Position numbers and translations under genes: made by a program
Assembly: GCA_031260805.1 (NCBI GenBank)
Contig: JAISKV010000002.1
Coordinates: 8,333-40,332, forward strand
DNA: 32,000 nucleotides
DNA from: Rickettsiales bacterium
Lineage (GTDB): Bacteria; Pseudomonadota; Alphaproteobacteria; Rs-D84
Direction: 5' to 3'
In this document: one piece after another, positions 17,177-26,220 of the stretch
How positions within the stretch are numbered: the stretch's first letter is position 1
Layout: every line of letters begins with the position of its first letter
The notes under the pieces: model-generated
The model's database searches: none
Seen by the model: the letters and a program-made list of their open reading frames with translations, nothing else
Told to the model about the DNA's origin: nothing

Positions 17177-17551
17177 TTATTTGGCTATGTTTTCAATCTT
17201 TAATTCTTCGGGCAGCGCGTAATCATGCGCGCCTTTATCCGCAGGTTTCAGACTGCCCGCGCCCCATACATTCGTACAATCGCGCGAAAAGAACGGGTAA
17301 ATCGTGGAATCCGTGTCAATATAAGCAATCTTGGTTATATTGCCGTCTTCAACCGCATTCGGCAACGACTTGTCGCCGACAGGCAAGATATACAGCAGAT
17401 TTGTCTGGCACGCATACCCGTTCGCATTAACAGTTGACCAGTCAACTTTGGTTATATCAGCCTCGGTAAAAAATTTCTCTTGATTCGCGGTGCCGCCGTA
17501 TGTGCATGCGCCCAAGCCCAGAATTGCCAAAATCTTCAATGCGTTTTTCAT
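17177..17551 (-). CDS. Lipoprotein, TRL-like family
   Basis: Lipobox ILGLGAC. The stretch ACQTNLLYILPVGDKSLPNAVEDGNITKIAYIDTD...CTNVWG resembles the TRL-like protein signature. An AAGGAAG Shine-Dalgarno sequence is present. Confidence 0.55.
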   Translation of the reverse strand: MKNALKILAILGLGACTYGGTANQEKFFTEADITKVDWSTVNANGYACQTNLLYILPVGDKSLPNAVEDGNITKIAYIDTDSTIYPFFSRDCTNVWGAGSLKPADKGAHDYALPEELKIENIAK

Positions 17552-17566
17552 TAAATGCTTCCTTTG

Positions 17567-18499
17567 TTAGTTATCTAAAATATCCCGCAACAGACGCATG
17601 TCGTCCGGCAGCGGCGCTTTGATCTTAATCTTAATTCCTTTGACCGGATGTGTCAATTCCAAATATTGCGCATGCAGCATTTGTTCGTTATTATTTTTCA
17701 CAAAGTCCAATAATTCCGAATCCTTGATCGTCCCGATTTTATCCCGGCCGTACACAGGATCGCAAATAATCGGAAATCCGTGCGCTGACAAATGAACGCG
17801 GATCTGATGCGTGCGGCCAGTGAACAAGGTGCACTTCAACTCGCTGGCGTTCTTGCGCGGCCATGCGGCCATAACATCGGCATGCGTCTTGGCCGGCCGG
17901 CCGCCGATTTTTACAATTGTCATTTTCTGCCGGTTTTTCGCGCTGCGCCCGATGTTTCCGGTTATATCCGCGCCCTCCCATTGCGGAACACCCCAGCACA
18001 GGCAGACATACTTGCGCACCAGATCATGCGCGGCAAAAGTCTTGGTCAAGGCGCGGTGCGCCGCGTCGGTCTTGGCAAAAATAACCGCGCCGCTGGTCCC
18101 CTTGTCAATGCGATGCACGACGCCCGGACGATTTGCATCGCCCAGCGCGGACAAACCGCAATGCGCCAGGACCATCTGCACCAGCGTGCCGTCCGGATTC
18201 CCGGCTGCCGGATACATGACTACCCCGCGCGGCTTGTTAACCGCGATAATGTCTTCGTCTTCATACAGAATGTCCAGGTCCGATGCCTGGGGGTCAAGGG
18301 TCGTGGTCTGTTGTTCCGGAATTTCAATACGGAACACATCGCCATCATGAACCTTGCCCGCGGGCTTGTATTTCCCGTCTATCATTTTCTGGATTTCGCT
18401 GCGCGAAAACTCTGGCATTCTGGACGCCAGAAATTTATCAACCCGCAGCCCCGCGTCTGATTCGCACGCATTAAAAATTCTTTTATTTTCCGAATTCAT
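17567..18499 (-). CDS. rluD: 23S rRNA pseudouridine synthase, RluD subfamily of the RluA family
   Basis: An S4-like N-terminus (LRVDKFLA) is followed by the catalytic motif HRIDKGTSG and GRTHQIRVHL. Confidence 0.9.
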   Translation of the reverse strand: MNSENKRIFNACESDAGLRVDKFLASRMPEFSRSEIQKMIDGKYKPAGKVHDGDVFRIEIPEQQTTTLDPQASDLDILYEDEDIIAVNKPRGVVMYPAAGNPDGTLVQMVLAHCGLSALGDANRPGVVHRIDKGTSGAVIFAKTDAAHRALTKTFAAHDLVRKYVCLCWGVPQWEGADITGNIGRSAKNRQKMTIVKIGGRPAKTHADVMAAWPRKNASELKCTLFTGRTHQIRVHLSAHGFPIICDPVYGRDKIGTIKDSELLDFVKNNNEQMLHAQYLELTHPVKGIKIKIKAPLPDDMRLLRDILDN

Positions 18500-18929
18500 C
18501 CCAATCCGGCCCGCGTTCGCAGTTTGATAAGTTCACAATCATGTCCCGGCCGATTTTGCAGGTCAGTATTCCGGTCGTCGTATTCTGGTATGTTTCGGAT
18601 CCTGCTTCGCGCCAGGCCAGTTTAATCTCGGTCGGTTTGGCCAGGCACACGATTCTGAAATACGCATCCCGGTCCTTGACCGGATCAATCCACGCGCGCA
18701 CATCTTCCGACTGGCCATAGCATGGAAAGCCATCCAGATAGTACAATTCCCATCCCAATTTTCCGATATTTTGCCCGCCGCGCTTTACAGGAATTTGATA
18801 TTCGCGCAGATGCAGCCCGCTGACCCGCTCCCAATCGCTGCTGGTGGAAAAAATGCTGGGGCGCGGCGCCGCCAAAAGTGAAACGGGAAACGAGAAAAGT
18901 AAAAATATTGAAAAAACCATTTTTTTCAT
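18483..18929 (-). CDS. Secreted/periplasmic protein of unknown function
   Basis: The signal peptide is MKKMVFSIFLLFSFPVSLLA. The gene overlaps both neighbours, by ATGA at its start and by 17 nt with rluD. Confidence 0.6.
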   Translation of the reverse strand: MKKMVFSIFLLFSFPVSLLAAPRPSIFSTSSDWERVSGLHLREYQIPVKRGGQNIGKLGWELYYLDGFPCYGQSEDVRAWIDPVKDRDAYFRIVCLAKPTEIKLAWREAGSETYQNTTTGILTCKIGRDMIVNLSNCERGPDWDEFGK

Positions 18930-19390
18930 TTTGCAAACCCCACGGTTATTTTCTTTGCGTCCGAAACGGTCAACTCTGATGAAAAATACACCACGGCGCC
19001 CGAATCAATAACAGCCGCGTTCGGAATTACGCGCGCAGTCTTGATAACCGCGCCATTGCCGTCCCGAATGCTGACCATCAGATCCGGCGCGCCGAACAAC
19101 TTTTCCGTATTATTCACTATCCTGCCGGAAACAATTATGCCGCCGGCCGTCGCGACCGGCCTGTCCGTTATAATTTCCAAAGCGTCTTTCTTTGCGTCCG
19201 TCCGCAGAATCGCAACCGCTGAAAACAAGACGGCTGCCAGCAGCGCGGTTATCGCCGCCAGCAGTTTCAGCCACCTGCCCCCGCCGCTGCCGGACCCCGC
19301 GCGCCATACCGCGCCGCAGCAGGCGCATTTGACATTGCCGCCGCCGGGAATTTTATACTGCGTTTTGCAAAAAGGACACTTTATAACCAT
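18926..19390 (-). CDS. MJ0042-type zinc-ribbon membrane protein with a DUF3426-like periplasmic domain
   Basis: MVIKCPFCKTQYKIPGGGNVKCACCGAVW supplies CxxC...CxxC. It is followed by one TM helix and a beta-rich C-terminal domain. Confidence 0.7.
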   Translation of the reverse strand: MVIKCPFCKTQYKIPGGGNVKCACCGAVWRAGSGSGGGRWLKLLAAITALLAAVLFSAVAILRTDAKKDALEIITDRPVATAGGIIVSGRIVNNTEKLFGAPDLMVSIRDGNGAVIKTARVIPNAAVIDSGAVVYFSSELTVSDAKKITVGFAK

Positions 19391-19399
19391 GCGCCTATG

Positions 19400-20689
19400 T
19401 TAATCTTTTAAGTTCAATTGTTCAAATTTTATTTCAACAATTCTTTGCATCTGGCGCAGCCCGTTGATATAGTCCGCGACCGTCGCGTTTGCATTCACCG
19501 ACAATGCGCGCATGATATTGTAAACTTCCGAATCATTGCCGGATTCGCCGGAAACGGCAAACCGCGACAAATCGCGCAGCAGATTCAGCCGCATGTCGGA
19601 AAACACCGCGATTGAATTCTTTACATCCCAGTAATAAGACGAATCCTGGCTGTCTTGCAGCCAGGTAGAGATATAGATGCGCGGCGTCAGCGTTCCCGAA
19701 AATCCGACATTCGCGATATCCGCGGTTATCTTGCCGCCCAGCATGTCCAGATTCTGGCGCACCGTTATCTGCGGCGCGCGCACGCCGTCATTGAAATACA
19801 GCCCTGATAAATTCAAGGATCCGGCCCATAATTCCTTGGCATGAACCGCGGAAAAATTTGCAGTCTTTTCCAACGACAGCGTTCCGACAGTTATGCTCTT
19901 GCCGTCGCTGGTCATGTTTCCGTTCACCGTCGCTTCGCCGCTTATCTTCAACGCCGCGTCCAGATTGGCGCGCATGGTGAAACTCAACTTGTCCGCGCCG
20001 ATTTCCGCCGCGCCCAGCGTATCTGAAATAACAGTATTTTTCGCAATCATCAGGTCCGCGTTTTTCAGGTCATGGCCGCCGATTGACAAATCGGATTTCA
20101 TTGTCGCGGCATCCGCAGGCGCTCCGGGCAGCCGCTGGATATATTCGTTCTTCTTGCGCACGCTACCGCTGCGAACCGAAACGCCGCTGCCCATTTCGCC
20201 GTAATTTGCGTTCCAAGTCCCGAATTGCCCGCTGATATTCCCGCGGTCCGAATATCCGAATCCAAAGCCGCCCGATTCCGCAATCTGACGCGTGCGATAC
20301 GGGCTGGCCCCGCCGTCCGGAAACACCAGCACGCCTTGCAGCACGCTGCGGCCGCCGCGCTCGCGCGTTTTCATAATTCTGATCTGGATTTTCGCGTCAT
20401 TATCAAAGTATTCTGGAAATCCGAAATCCTGCAAATCCATCACCGATACGCGGACTATGTTCTTGCCGGACACCTGCAACAGTTTTTCCGAATTTGCTGT
20501 TATGTATTTTTCCAGCGCGCGGCCGGCCAATTCCATGTTGCCTGCAATCGCCAGGTTTTCCGCGCGGCGCAGCCGCTCGCTCTGGAACTTAACTAAAAAA
20601 GGCAGCAGCATTGCAGCCAGCGCCACCGACAGCAGCAATTCTGTCAGCATCGCGCCGCGCTGGAAAGATTTATTGTGCAATCGGTTCAT
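19400..20689 (-). CDS. Large prepilin-like protein C, TadE/PilV-like N-terminus
   Basis: The leader MNRLHNKSFQRG is followed by AMLTELLLSVALAAMLLPF, giving the G|xxxxE class III signal pattern. An internal motif reads MKSDLSIGGHDLKNA, and the C-terminal half is repetitive and beta-rich. Confidence 0.55.
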   Translation of the reverse strand: MNRLHNKSFQRGAMLTELLLSVALAAMLLPFLVKFQSERLRRAENLAIAGNMELAGRALEKYITANSEKLLQVSGKNIVRVSVMDLQDFGFPEYFDNDAKIQIRIMKTRERGGRSVLQGVLVFPDGGASPYRTRQIAESGGFGFGYSDRGNISGQFGTWNANYGEMGSGVSVRSGSVRKKNEYIQRLPGAPADAATMKSDLSIGGHDLKNADLMIAKNTVISDTLGAAEIGADKLSFTMRANLDAALKISGEATVNGNMTSDGKSITVGTLSLEKTANFSAVHAKELWAGSLNLSGLYFNDGVRAPQITVRQNLDMLGGKITADIANVGFSGTLTPRIYISTWLQDSQDSSYYWDVKNSIAVFSDMRLNLLRDLSRFAVSGESGNDSEVYNIMRALSVNANATVADYINGLRQMQRIVEIKFEQLNLKD

Positions 20690-21920
20690 TTTGTTCCAAA
20701 TCTCTCCATCCGGATGCAGTTATTTTATCAAACCGCGCCGTATCCACCCTCAACAAGCCGCCCATTTCACCGCCCGATTGACGCAGGACCAGCGATTTTA
20801 ATTTCGGATAACTGCTGGTCGGGAAAGACCAGTTGCCCAGTTTTATCGGCGTGTACGCGCTGGACGCAATAAGTTCGCTGGAAACCACCATGCCGAATCC
20901 GGCGGCAAAATACAACTCTGTCGCGAACAAGTACGGCGTGTAAACCGAATGCACGGACATCCCGGCGATTCCTGAAATCGTGCGCGCGGCTCCGGACTTT
21001 ACCGACAGATTGCCCGACACATTCAACTTTTCAGAAACAACCGTTTTATCAGAAATAACGCTGCCGCCGGAAGACCAATTTCCGTTTAATCCCGTGCCTT
21101 GGAACTTCTTCGCATAAATGTTGCGCAGCCCCGTCGTGTCGCCGCGCACGCGAATTATGCCGATAGACGCGCCGTCGACCCCGATATCCGCGCCGTTGTT
21201 AAAGTACGCGATGTCCGCAATCAAATTTTCGGCCGCCGCGAAATTCGCGGTTGCAGATGCCGATTCCAAGACCTTGCCCGCCGCCGCCGCGATGTCGTAC
21301 AAGTCAAATCCGCCCAGGTTGAAATCGCGCAGCATATTGTTCTGGCCCCTGCTGGCCGTGCGGTACAGGTATTTTTCATTGTCGTTGTTCTTCAAGTCCA
21401 GACGCACGCGGTACACTATGTCGCCGCTGGCGAAATCATCACTCTGCACGCCCCACGAAGAATACGAATCGTACGCGATTCCGTTTTCATTCACCAGCCC
21501 TGCGTCAAATCCGATATTCTTTACAATATCCGCATTGCGCATCAGCGACGAATCATTTACATGAAACGCTGAATACGCATCTATGATTTCGGAATCCGTA
21601 ATCGTGTACTTGTCTATGTAAACCGCGTACGGCGCGGCCGCGTTTCCGGACAGCCCCGCGATATCCGCATCATCCAGCCTGAATTGAATATTTTTGTTCC
21701 AACCGGACGCATTCATCCTGATAAAATTCAGCATCGGATCGCGAAAGTCCGCAATCTGCTTTGCAATCGCAATGTCCGCAATCCGGCGCGTCATTTCCGA
21801 AATATGAATGTACGCCAGCGGCGCCAGCGCCGCGACCACGGCCATGGCCAGCAATGTTTCCAGCAAAGATTCGCCGCGCTGCTGATTTATCCGCAATTTG
21901 ATTTCCCCTGCACCAGGCAC
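20670..21920 (-). CDS. Large prepilin-like protein B
   Basis: ...INQQRG is followed by ESLLETLLAMAVVAALAPL. An internal motif reads NMLRDFNLGGFDLYDI. The track start is a GTG; a TTG at 21896 preceded by AGGGGA would give an 8-aa leader. Confidence 0.55.
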   Translation of the reverse strand: MPGAGEIKLRINQQRGESLLETLLAMAVVAALAPLAYIHISEMTRRIADIAIAKQIADFRDPMLNFIRMNASGWNKNIQFRLDDADIAGLSGNAAAPYAVYIDKYTITDSEIIDAYSAFHVNDSSLMRNADIVKNIGFDAGLVNENGIAYDSYSSWGVQSDDFASGDIVYRVRLDLKNNDNEKYLYRTASRGQNNMLRDFNLGGFDLYDIAAAAGKVLESASATANFAAAENLIADIAYFNNGADIGVDGASIGIIRVRGDTTGLRNIYAKKFQGTGLNGNWSSGGSVISDKTVVSEKLNVSGNLSVKSGAARTISGIAGMSVHSVYTPYLFATELYFAAGFGMVVSSELIASSAYTPIKLGNWSFPTSSYPKLKSLVLRQSGGEMGGLLRVDTARFDKITASGWRDLEQNEPIAQ

Positions 21921-23317
21921 TTTTTTATATTTATCCGCTGTTCCAGCCGCTGCCAGTACACATATTGGCAGATTATATTCTGCGCCACGGATTTCGCGTT
22001 ATACGATATGTCGGTCAAATCATAAATCACATTTTTGCAGTCCGTTGTTTTTCCCGTGCTGTCGGACGCGCTGTGAATTATCTTCAATGCGGAAGAGTCC
22101 AGATTTTCCAAGATAACATCATCAAACACTGAAACGCCGGCCGGCCGTATGTCCATGATAACCGGGCCTGTGCCGCCGGCCGACAAGGAACTGGAAATCT
22201 GATCGCGCAGCGTTATGTGGGCGGCGGCGACATAGTCCGCCTCGATCCCGGTCTTGGCACTGTAAGACATCCCGTCGTCGGATACAAAAACCTCCTGACC
22301 GCGCGCGGCGTTTATCAGTCCGCCGATTTCCAACGCAGAAACGCCCAGGCTGATATTTTCGGTTGCCATGCTGCCGCCGATATTCCACTTTTCCGGCCCG
22401 TAAAATCCTGCGCGCCCGGCCGACATGGATAAATCGTAAATGGAAAAAACATCCGTTTCTATCGCACCGCTGCTGCCGAATTGCGATATCGTCGCGGCGG
22501 TCATGCGCTGCGCGACAGTGCCGTTTTTTAGAATCCCCAGCGCGCTGCCGTCTGTATCAGACAAGAAAATTGCGCGGTTCAGAGACAAATGCGCAATCTT
22601 ATTTTTAATCTTTCTGCCTTCTTCCGTACCGGCCAGCGTCAGCGAAGAAATCATCGCGCTGTCAGCGGATAAATTCGCCGCCCACATAGTCTTGATATTT
22701 CTGACATCAAATTCAGACATGTCCAGATCCGCCAGAAACGCATCGTCGGCCGGATTTTTGGAATATGACTGAACGCGCTCTGTAAACTCGTTTTCTAGCG
22801 GGATGCGGACCAGGAAAGTCTTTGGCGACGGACGCCATCCGAACGCCGATACATCGGCCGCCCATCCGCCGCCGAACGCGGTTATGTCAAAGCCTGTGCC
22901 GGACGCGGCCCAGAATCCGACCCGCGCCGCCAGTTCGCGCAATTTTAATGGCGATAAATTCCCGCGTTCTATGACCAGATACGCGTCAATCGCGCCGGGA
23001 TCGCGCAAGACGACCAGCGATATTTTCTGGTCCAGCGGGGTGTTTCCACGAAATCCAATCGGCAATCCGAACGGTTCCAGCGCGTCTGACATGGCCAATC
23101 CGGACAAAGTGGTTATGCCGAATGGCAGCAATTCCGATTCTTCCCGAATGTATAACTTTGCCGCATTTGCAGCCAAATTTATAGTGTCCGCTGTCGCGCC
23201 AAATTCAACCCGCGCGGAATAATCGGCGATTTTCCGCGTCATCATCGGCATAAACGCAACCATCAGCGATACGGCCAGCAGCGCTTGCAGTAAAAAATTT
23301 CCAGATTGGCTTCTCAT
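21887..23317 (-). CDS. Large prepilin-like protein A
   Basis: The preferred start MRSQSG is followed by NFLLQALLAVSLMVAFMPMM, with Gln at +5. An internal motif reads LADLDMSEFDVRNI. The track ORF extends to 23383, across a divergent promoter. Confidence 0.5.
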   Translation of the reverse strand: MRSQSGNFLLQALLAVSLMVAFMPMMTRKIADYSARVEFGATADTINLAANAAKLYIREESELLPFGITTLSGLAMSDALEPFGLPIGFRGNTPLDQKISLVVLRDPGAIDAYLVIERGNLSPLKLRELAARVGFWAASGTGFDITAFGGGWAADVSAFGWRPSPKTFLVRIPLENEFTERVQSYSKNPADDAFLADLDMSEFDVRNIKTMWAANLSADSAMISSLTLAGTEEGRKIKNKIAHLSLNRAIFLSDTDGSALGILKNGTVAQRMTAATISQFGSSGAIETDVFSIYDLSMSAGRAGFYGPEKWNIGGSMATENISLGVSALEIGGLINAARGQEVFVSDDGMSYSAKTGIEADYVAAAHITLRDQISSSLSAGGTGPVIMDIRPAGVSVFDDVILENLDSSALKIIHSASDSTGKTTDCKNVIYDLTDISYNAKSVAQNIICQYVYWQRLEQRINIKKCLVQGKSNCG

Positions 23318-23350
23318 TCCCAGAGCAATCATAGAAAATATAAAAAATAG

Positions 23351-23379
23351 TTGCAATCTGTTTTTACTGGGATTATACT
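23351..23379 (+). promoter_or_regulatory. Candidate promoter of the 23427 gene
   Basis: TTGCAA, a 17-nt spacer, then TATACT. Confidence 0.4.
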
Positions 23380-23426
23380 GCAAGGGTACTTTTATTATTT
23401 ACCATACTTTTACAATCGGATAATTC

Positions 23427-23723
23427 ATGCAATATAAGAAAAATCAAATGTCAACAGGACTGATGATCCAACGGTGCCATCGCTGGCGTCAAAAGCGCAA
23501 ACAATACCTGGACAGCGCGCGCCAGACAAATGACGAGGTAGAACGGGAGCGCCTGCTGCAAATGGCCGAGCATTACGGGCGCATAGTGTCGGACGAGCAA
23601 GGCGTCATAGACAACCGCCGCGACCCCAAAGATAATAATAAAAACGCAGCCGCGGAAGACAATTATTCGTCAATGGACGATGATGATGAAATTCCGGACT
23701 TTCGGGAAGTAATAGGAAAATAA
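23427..23723 (+). CDS. Small acidic-tailed protein, DUF4167-like
   Basis: QKRKQYLDSARQTNDEVERERLLQMAEHYGRIV resembles the alphaproteobacterial DUF4167 pattern (...A(E/Q)HY.R). The C-terminus is acidic. Confidence 0.45.
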   Translation: MQYKKNQMSTGLMIQRCHRWRQKRKQYLDSARQTNDEVERERLLQMAEHYGRIVSDEQGVIDNRRDPKDNNKNAAAEDNYSSMDDDDEIPDFREVIGK

Positions 23724-23734
23724 ATGCGCCATTT

Positions 23735-23843
23735 TAGTTGTTAGTTATTAATTATTAGTTATTATTCTTTTGTTTGTGGTGGCGGAATTATCGCAGCGCG
23801 CACAATGGTATAATAACTAATAATTAACAATTAATAACTATTA
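23735..23843. repeat. TAATAAC-armed MITE/RPE-like element, copy 4 (inverted relative to copy 1)
   Basis: The reverse complement of 23767-23808 matches 1125-1166 at 41 of 42 positions. It is flanked by GTTATTA / TAATAAC arrays. Confidence 0.9.
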
Positions 23844-23870
23844 AAAAATCGGGCGATGCCCGATTTTTTA
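23844..23870. terminator. Bidirectional rho-independent terminator
   Basis: Sequence AAAAAATCGGGC-GAT-GCCCGATTTTTT. The T-run overlaps the mreB stop codon. Confidence 0.8.
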
Positions 23871-24917
23871 ATACAGCGTGTGCAGGACATGCTTGTACTT
23901 GTCAATATTATACAGGATATTTCCGCTGCCGTTGGCGACGCAGTACAACGGCTCGTCCACAACGAACACAGGCAGATTTGTCGCCTGGCGAATCGCGACA
24001 TCCAAATCGCGCAGCAAACTGCCCCCGCCGGTCATCGCAATTCCGTAATCCACGATATCCGCGGTTAACTCTGGCGGCGTTATCTCCAAAGTGCTCTGAA
24101 TCAAACTGATAATCCGCGCGACCGTCTGCGTCATTGCATCCGCCGTGTTTGATTCGGTAATTTCAATTTCACGCGGCATGCCGGAAATCAAATCGCGCCC
24201 CTTGACCTTGACCCGCAGTTCCGCCGCCTTGTCCCGCGGCGGCAGCGCGCATCCGATTTCTTTCTTTACATTTTCCGCGGTTACTTCGCCAATCAGCAGA
24301 TTTTTATTCTTGCGCACCCATTCAATAATATCGCGGTTCATTTGATCCCCGGCGGTTCGTATAGCATTGGAATACACAACGCCGCCCAGCGATATGACCG
24401 ATATTTCCGTGGTCCCGCCGCCAATATCCAAAACCATTGACCCGACCGGCTTTTCAATGGGCAGCCCCGCGCCAATCGCCGCCGCGGTTGATTCTTCAAC
24501 AATGTAAACCTTGCGCGCGCCTGCGCTGTCGGCCGCTTCCTGAATTGCGCGCCGTTCCACCGGCGTAGCGCACGACGGCACGCAGATAACAATCAGCGGC
24601 GCGGTCAGCATGCTGCGCTTGTGAATCTTGCGAATGAAATGACGGATCATTTCTTCGGCAACCTCAAAATCCGCGATGACACCGTCTTGCAGCGGGCGCA
24701 CCGCGCGAATTGTGCCTGGCGTGCGGCCCAGCATTCCGCGCGCTTCATCGCCGACGGCCAGGATTTCCTTTTTTCCAATCAAACGGTTTTCCAAAATTGC
24801 GACCACGGACGGCTCGTTCAACACAATGCCCTGATCCTTGACATAAATTAGAGTATTCGCCGTGCCCAGGTCAATTGCAATATCCGCGGAAAAGAATTTC
24901 ATCAGCCAGTTGTACAT
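23868..24917 (-). CDS. mreB: Rod-shape-determining actin homologue MreB
   Basis: Matches FSADIAIDLGTANTLIYV, DIGGGTTE and the actin-fold motifs. The start is taken at MYNWLMKFF. The track start at 25022 is an extension into the heptamer hairpin. Confidence 0.93.
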   Translation of the reverse strand: MYNWLMKFFSADIAIDLGTANTLIYVKDQGIVLNEPSVVAILENRLIGKKEILAVGDEARGMLGRTPGTIRAVRPLQDGVIADFEVAEEMIRHFIRKIHKRSMLTAPLIVICVPSCATPVERRAIQEAADSAGARKVYIVEESTAAAIGAGLPIEKPVGSMVLDIGGGTTEISVISLGGVVYSNAIRTAGDQMNRDIIEWVRKNKNLLIGEVTAENVKKEIGCALPPRDKAAELRVKVKGRDLISGMPREIEITESNTADAMTQTVARIISLIQSTLEITPPELTADIVDYGIAMTGGGSLLRDLDVAIRQATNLPVFVVDEPLYCVANGSGNILYNIDKYKHVLHTLY

Positions 24918-24988
24918 TTCGCCATTCCATTTTTTATCGCGTTCAGTATAAACCACGATTTTTATAAAATCAAGAATATATCCGAAAA

Positions 24989-25058
24989 AGGTTTGAGGTT
25001 TGAGGTTTGAGGTTGTCGGCACAATTGCCTTAAACCTAAAACCTCATACCTCAAACCT
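24989..25058. repeat. Heptamer-armed hairpin, GAGGTTT arm versus AAACCTC arm
   Basis: The 26-nt arms have about 2 mismatches and enclose a 17-nt loop. The hairpin lies in the divergent mreB / rplM spacer. Confidence 0.9.
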
Positions 25059-25145
25059 ATGGTATTATATTACCACACAAGAAAAACTTGACTTTTGCGC
25101 GGCCTTGGGCAATAATACCCCGGCAAATTAAACAAAGGTTAAATT

Positions 25146-25616
25146 ATGGCAGCAACAAAATCATTAAAGGCCTGCGAATTGGAATCCAAATGGATTTTGA
25201 TTGACGCGACCGATGTCGTGCTGGGACGCTTGGCCGCGTATGTCGCGACCGTCCTGCGCGGCAAGGACAAGCCGACTTGGACACCGCACATGGACTGCGG
25301 CGACAATGTTATTATCATAAACGCAGACCGCGTGGCGTTGACTGGGCACAAGGACTCGCGCACCAAGTTCTTTTGGCACACCGGATGGACCGGACATATC
25401 AAGGAACGCACGCTGGGCCAGATGCGCGAAGAAAAGCCGGAAACGCTGGTTTTCAACGCGGTCAAGCGGATGATGGGGCGGCGCACTGCGGTCGCGCTGG
25501 CGAACAAACGGCTGACCAAACTGCATGTCTATGCCGGATCAGAACACAAACACACAGCGCAAAAGCCGATAACGGTTGATTTCGGCGCGATGAATGCAAA
25601 GAACAAAAGGGCCTGA
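25146..25616 (+). CDS. rplM: 50S ribosomal protein L13
   Basis: Matches [46 protein letters not shown]. Confidence 0.95.
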   Translation: MAATKSLKACELESKWILIDATDVVLGRLAAYVATVLRGKDKPTWTPHMDCGDNVIIINADRVALTGHKDSRTKFFWHTGWTGHIKERTLGQMREEKPETLVFNAVKRMMGRRTAVALANKRLTKLHVYAGSEHKHTAQKPITVDFGAMNAKNKRA

Positions 25617-25618
25617 AA

Positions 25619-26128
25619 ATGACAGAAGTTAAAAAAACAGCGGTGGCGGCAAAAACAACGACCGCCAAGAAAGCCCCGGCAAAATCAGCGGCACCCAAGG
25701 CGGCCGCGAAAACCGCAACCGCGGTCCAGGCGCCGAAACTGACGGGCGCGACATACGCGACCGGCAAACGCAAAGACAGCATTGCGCGCGTCTATCTGAC
25801 GCCCGGCAAAGGAAACATCATCGTCAATGATCTGCCGATGACGGACTATTTCCGTCGCCCGGTGTTGCAGATGATTCTGCGCCAGCCGTTCGGCGTGTCC
25901 AAACGCGAAGGCGCGTACGATGTCCGCGCGATGGTCATGGGCGGCGGGCTGTCTGGCCAGGCGGGCGCGGTAAAGCACGGGATTTCGCGGGCATTGCAAA
26001 TTGCGGAACCGGAACTGCGCGGCGCATTGAAAGCGGCCGGATTCCTGACACGCGATTCGCGCGTCGTGGAAAGAAAGCACTTTGGTTTCCACAAGGCGAG
26101 ACGCAGCACTCAGTTCTCCAAACGCTAA
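25619..26128 (+). CDS. rpsI: 30S ribosomal protein S9 with an Ala/Lys-rich N-terminal extension
   Basis: Matches [14 protein letters not shown]...[19 protein letters not shown]...[18 protein letters not shown]. Confidence 0.95.
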   Translation: MTEVKKTAVAAKTTTAKKAPAKSAAPKAAAKTATAVQAPKLTGATYATGKRKDSIARVYLTPGKGNIIVNDLPMTDYFRRPVLQMILRQPFGVSKREGAYDVRAMVMGGGLSGQAGAVKHGISRALQIAEPELRGALKAAGFLTRDSRVVERKHFGFHKARRSTQFSKR

Positions 26129-26143
26129 TTGTTTTTGGGATGC

Positions 26144-26171
26144 AAAATGCGCCGCTTGCGGCGCATTTTTT
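26144..26171 (+). terminator. Rho-independent terminator after rpsI
   Basis: AAAATGCGCCGC..GCGGCGCATTTTTT. Confidence 0.8.
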
Positions 26172-26220
26172 GTTATCCGTTATTCGTACTCGGTACTCGT
26201 TATTCATAGTCATTCACTCT
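26172..26220. repeat. Single-arm heptamer array, GTTATYC / GTACTCG units
   Basis: Reads gttatcc gttattc gtactcg gtactcg ttattca. Its first 27 nt are the near reverse complement of 10457-10483. Confidence 0.8.

Noticed and set aside
16548-18460. Long plus-strand ORFs (16548-17153, 17792-18460, 17811-18350) opposite the outer-membrane protein gene and rluD.
   Set aside because: These are mirror-frame ORFs with an Arg-rich, unprotein-like composition. The minus-strand genes carry clear family motifs (HRIDKGTSG, and signal peptide plus C-terminal YRF).
24918-25022. A 35-residue N-terminal extension of MreB (MPTTSNLKPQT...).
   Set aside because: It starts at a non-ATG codon inside the GAGGTTT hairpin arm. 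The canonical MreB N-terminus (…FSADIAIDLGTANTLIYV) is reached from the ATG at 24917 or 24902.
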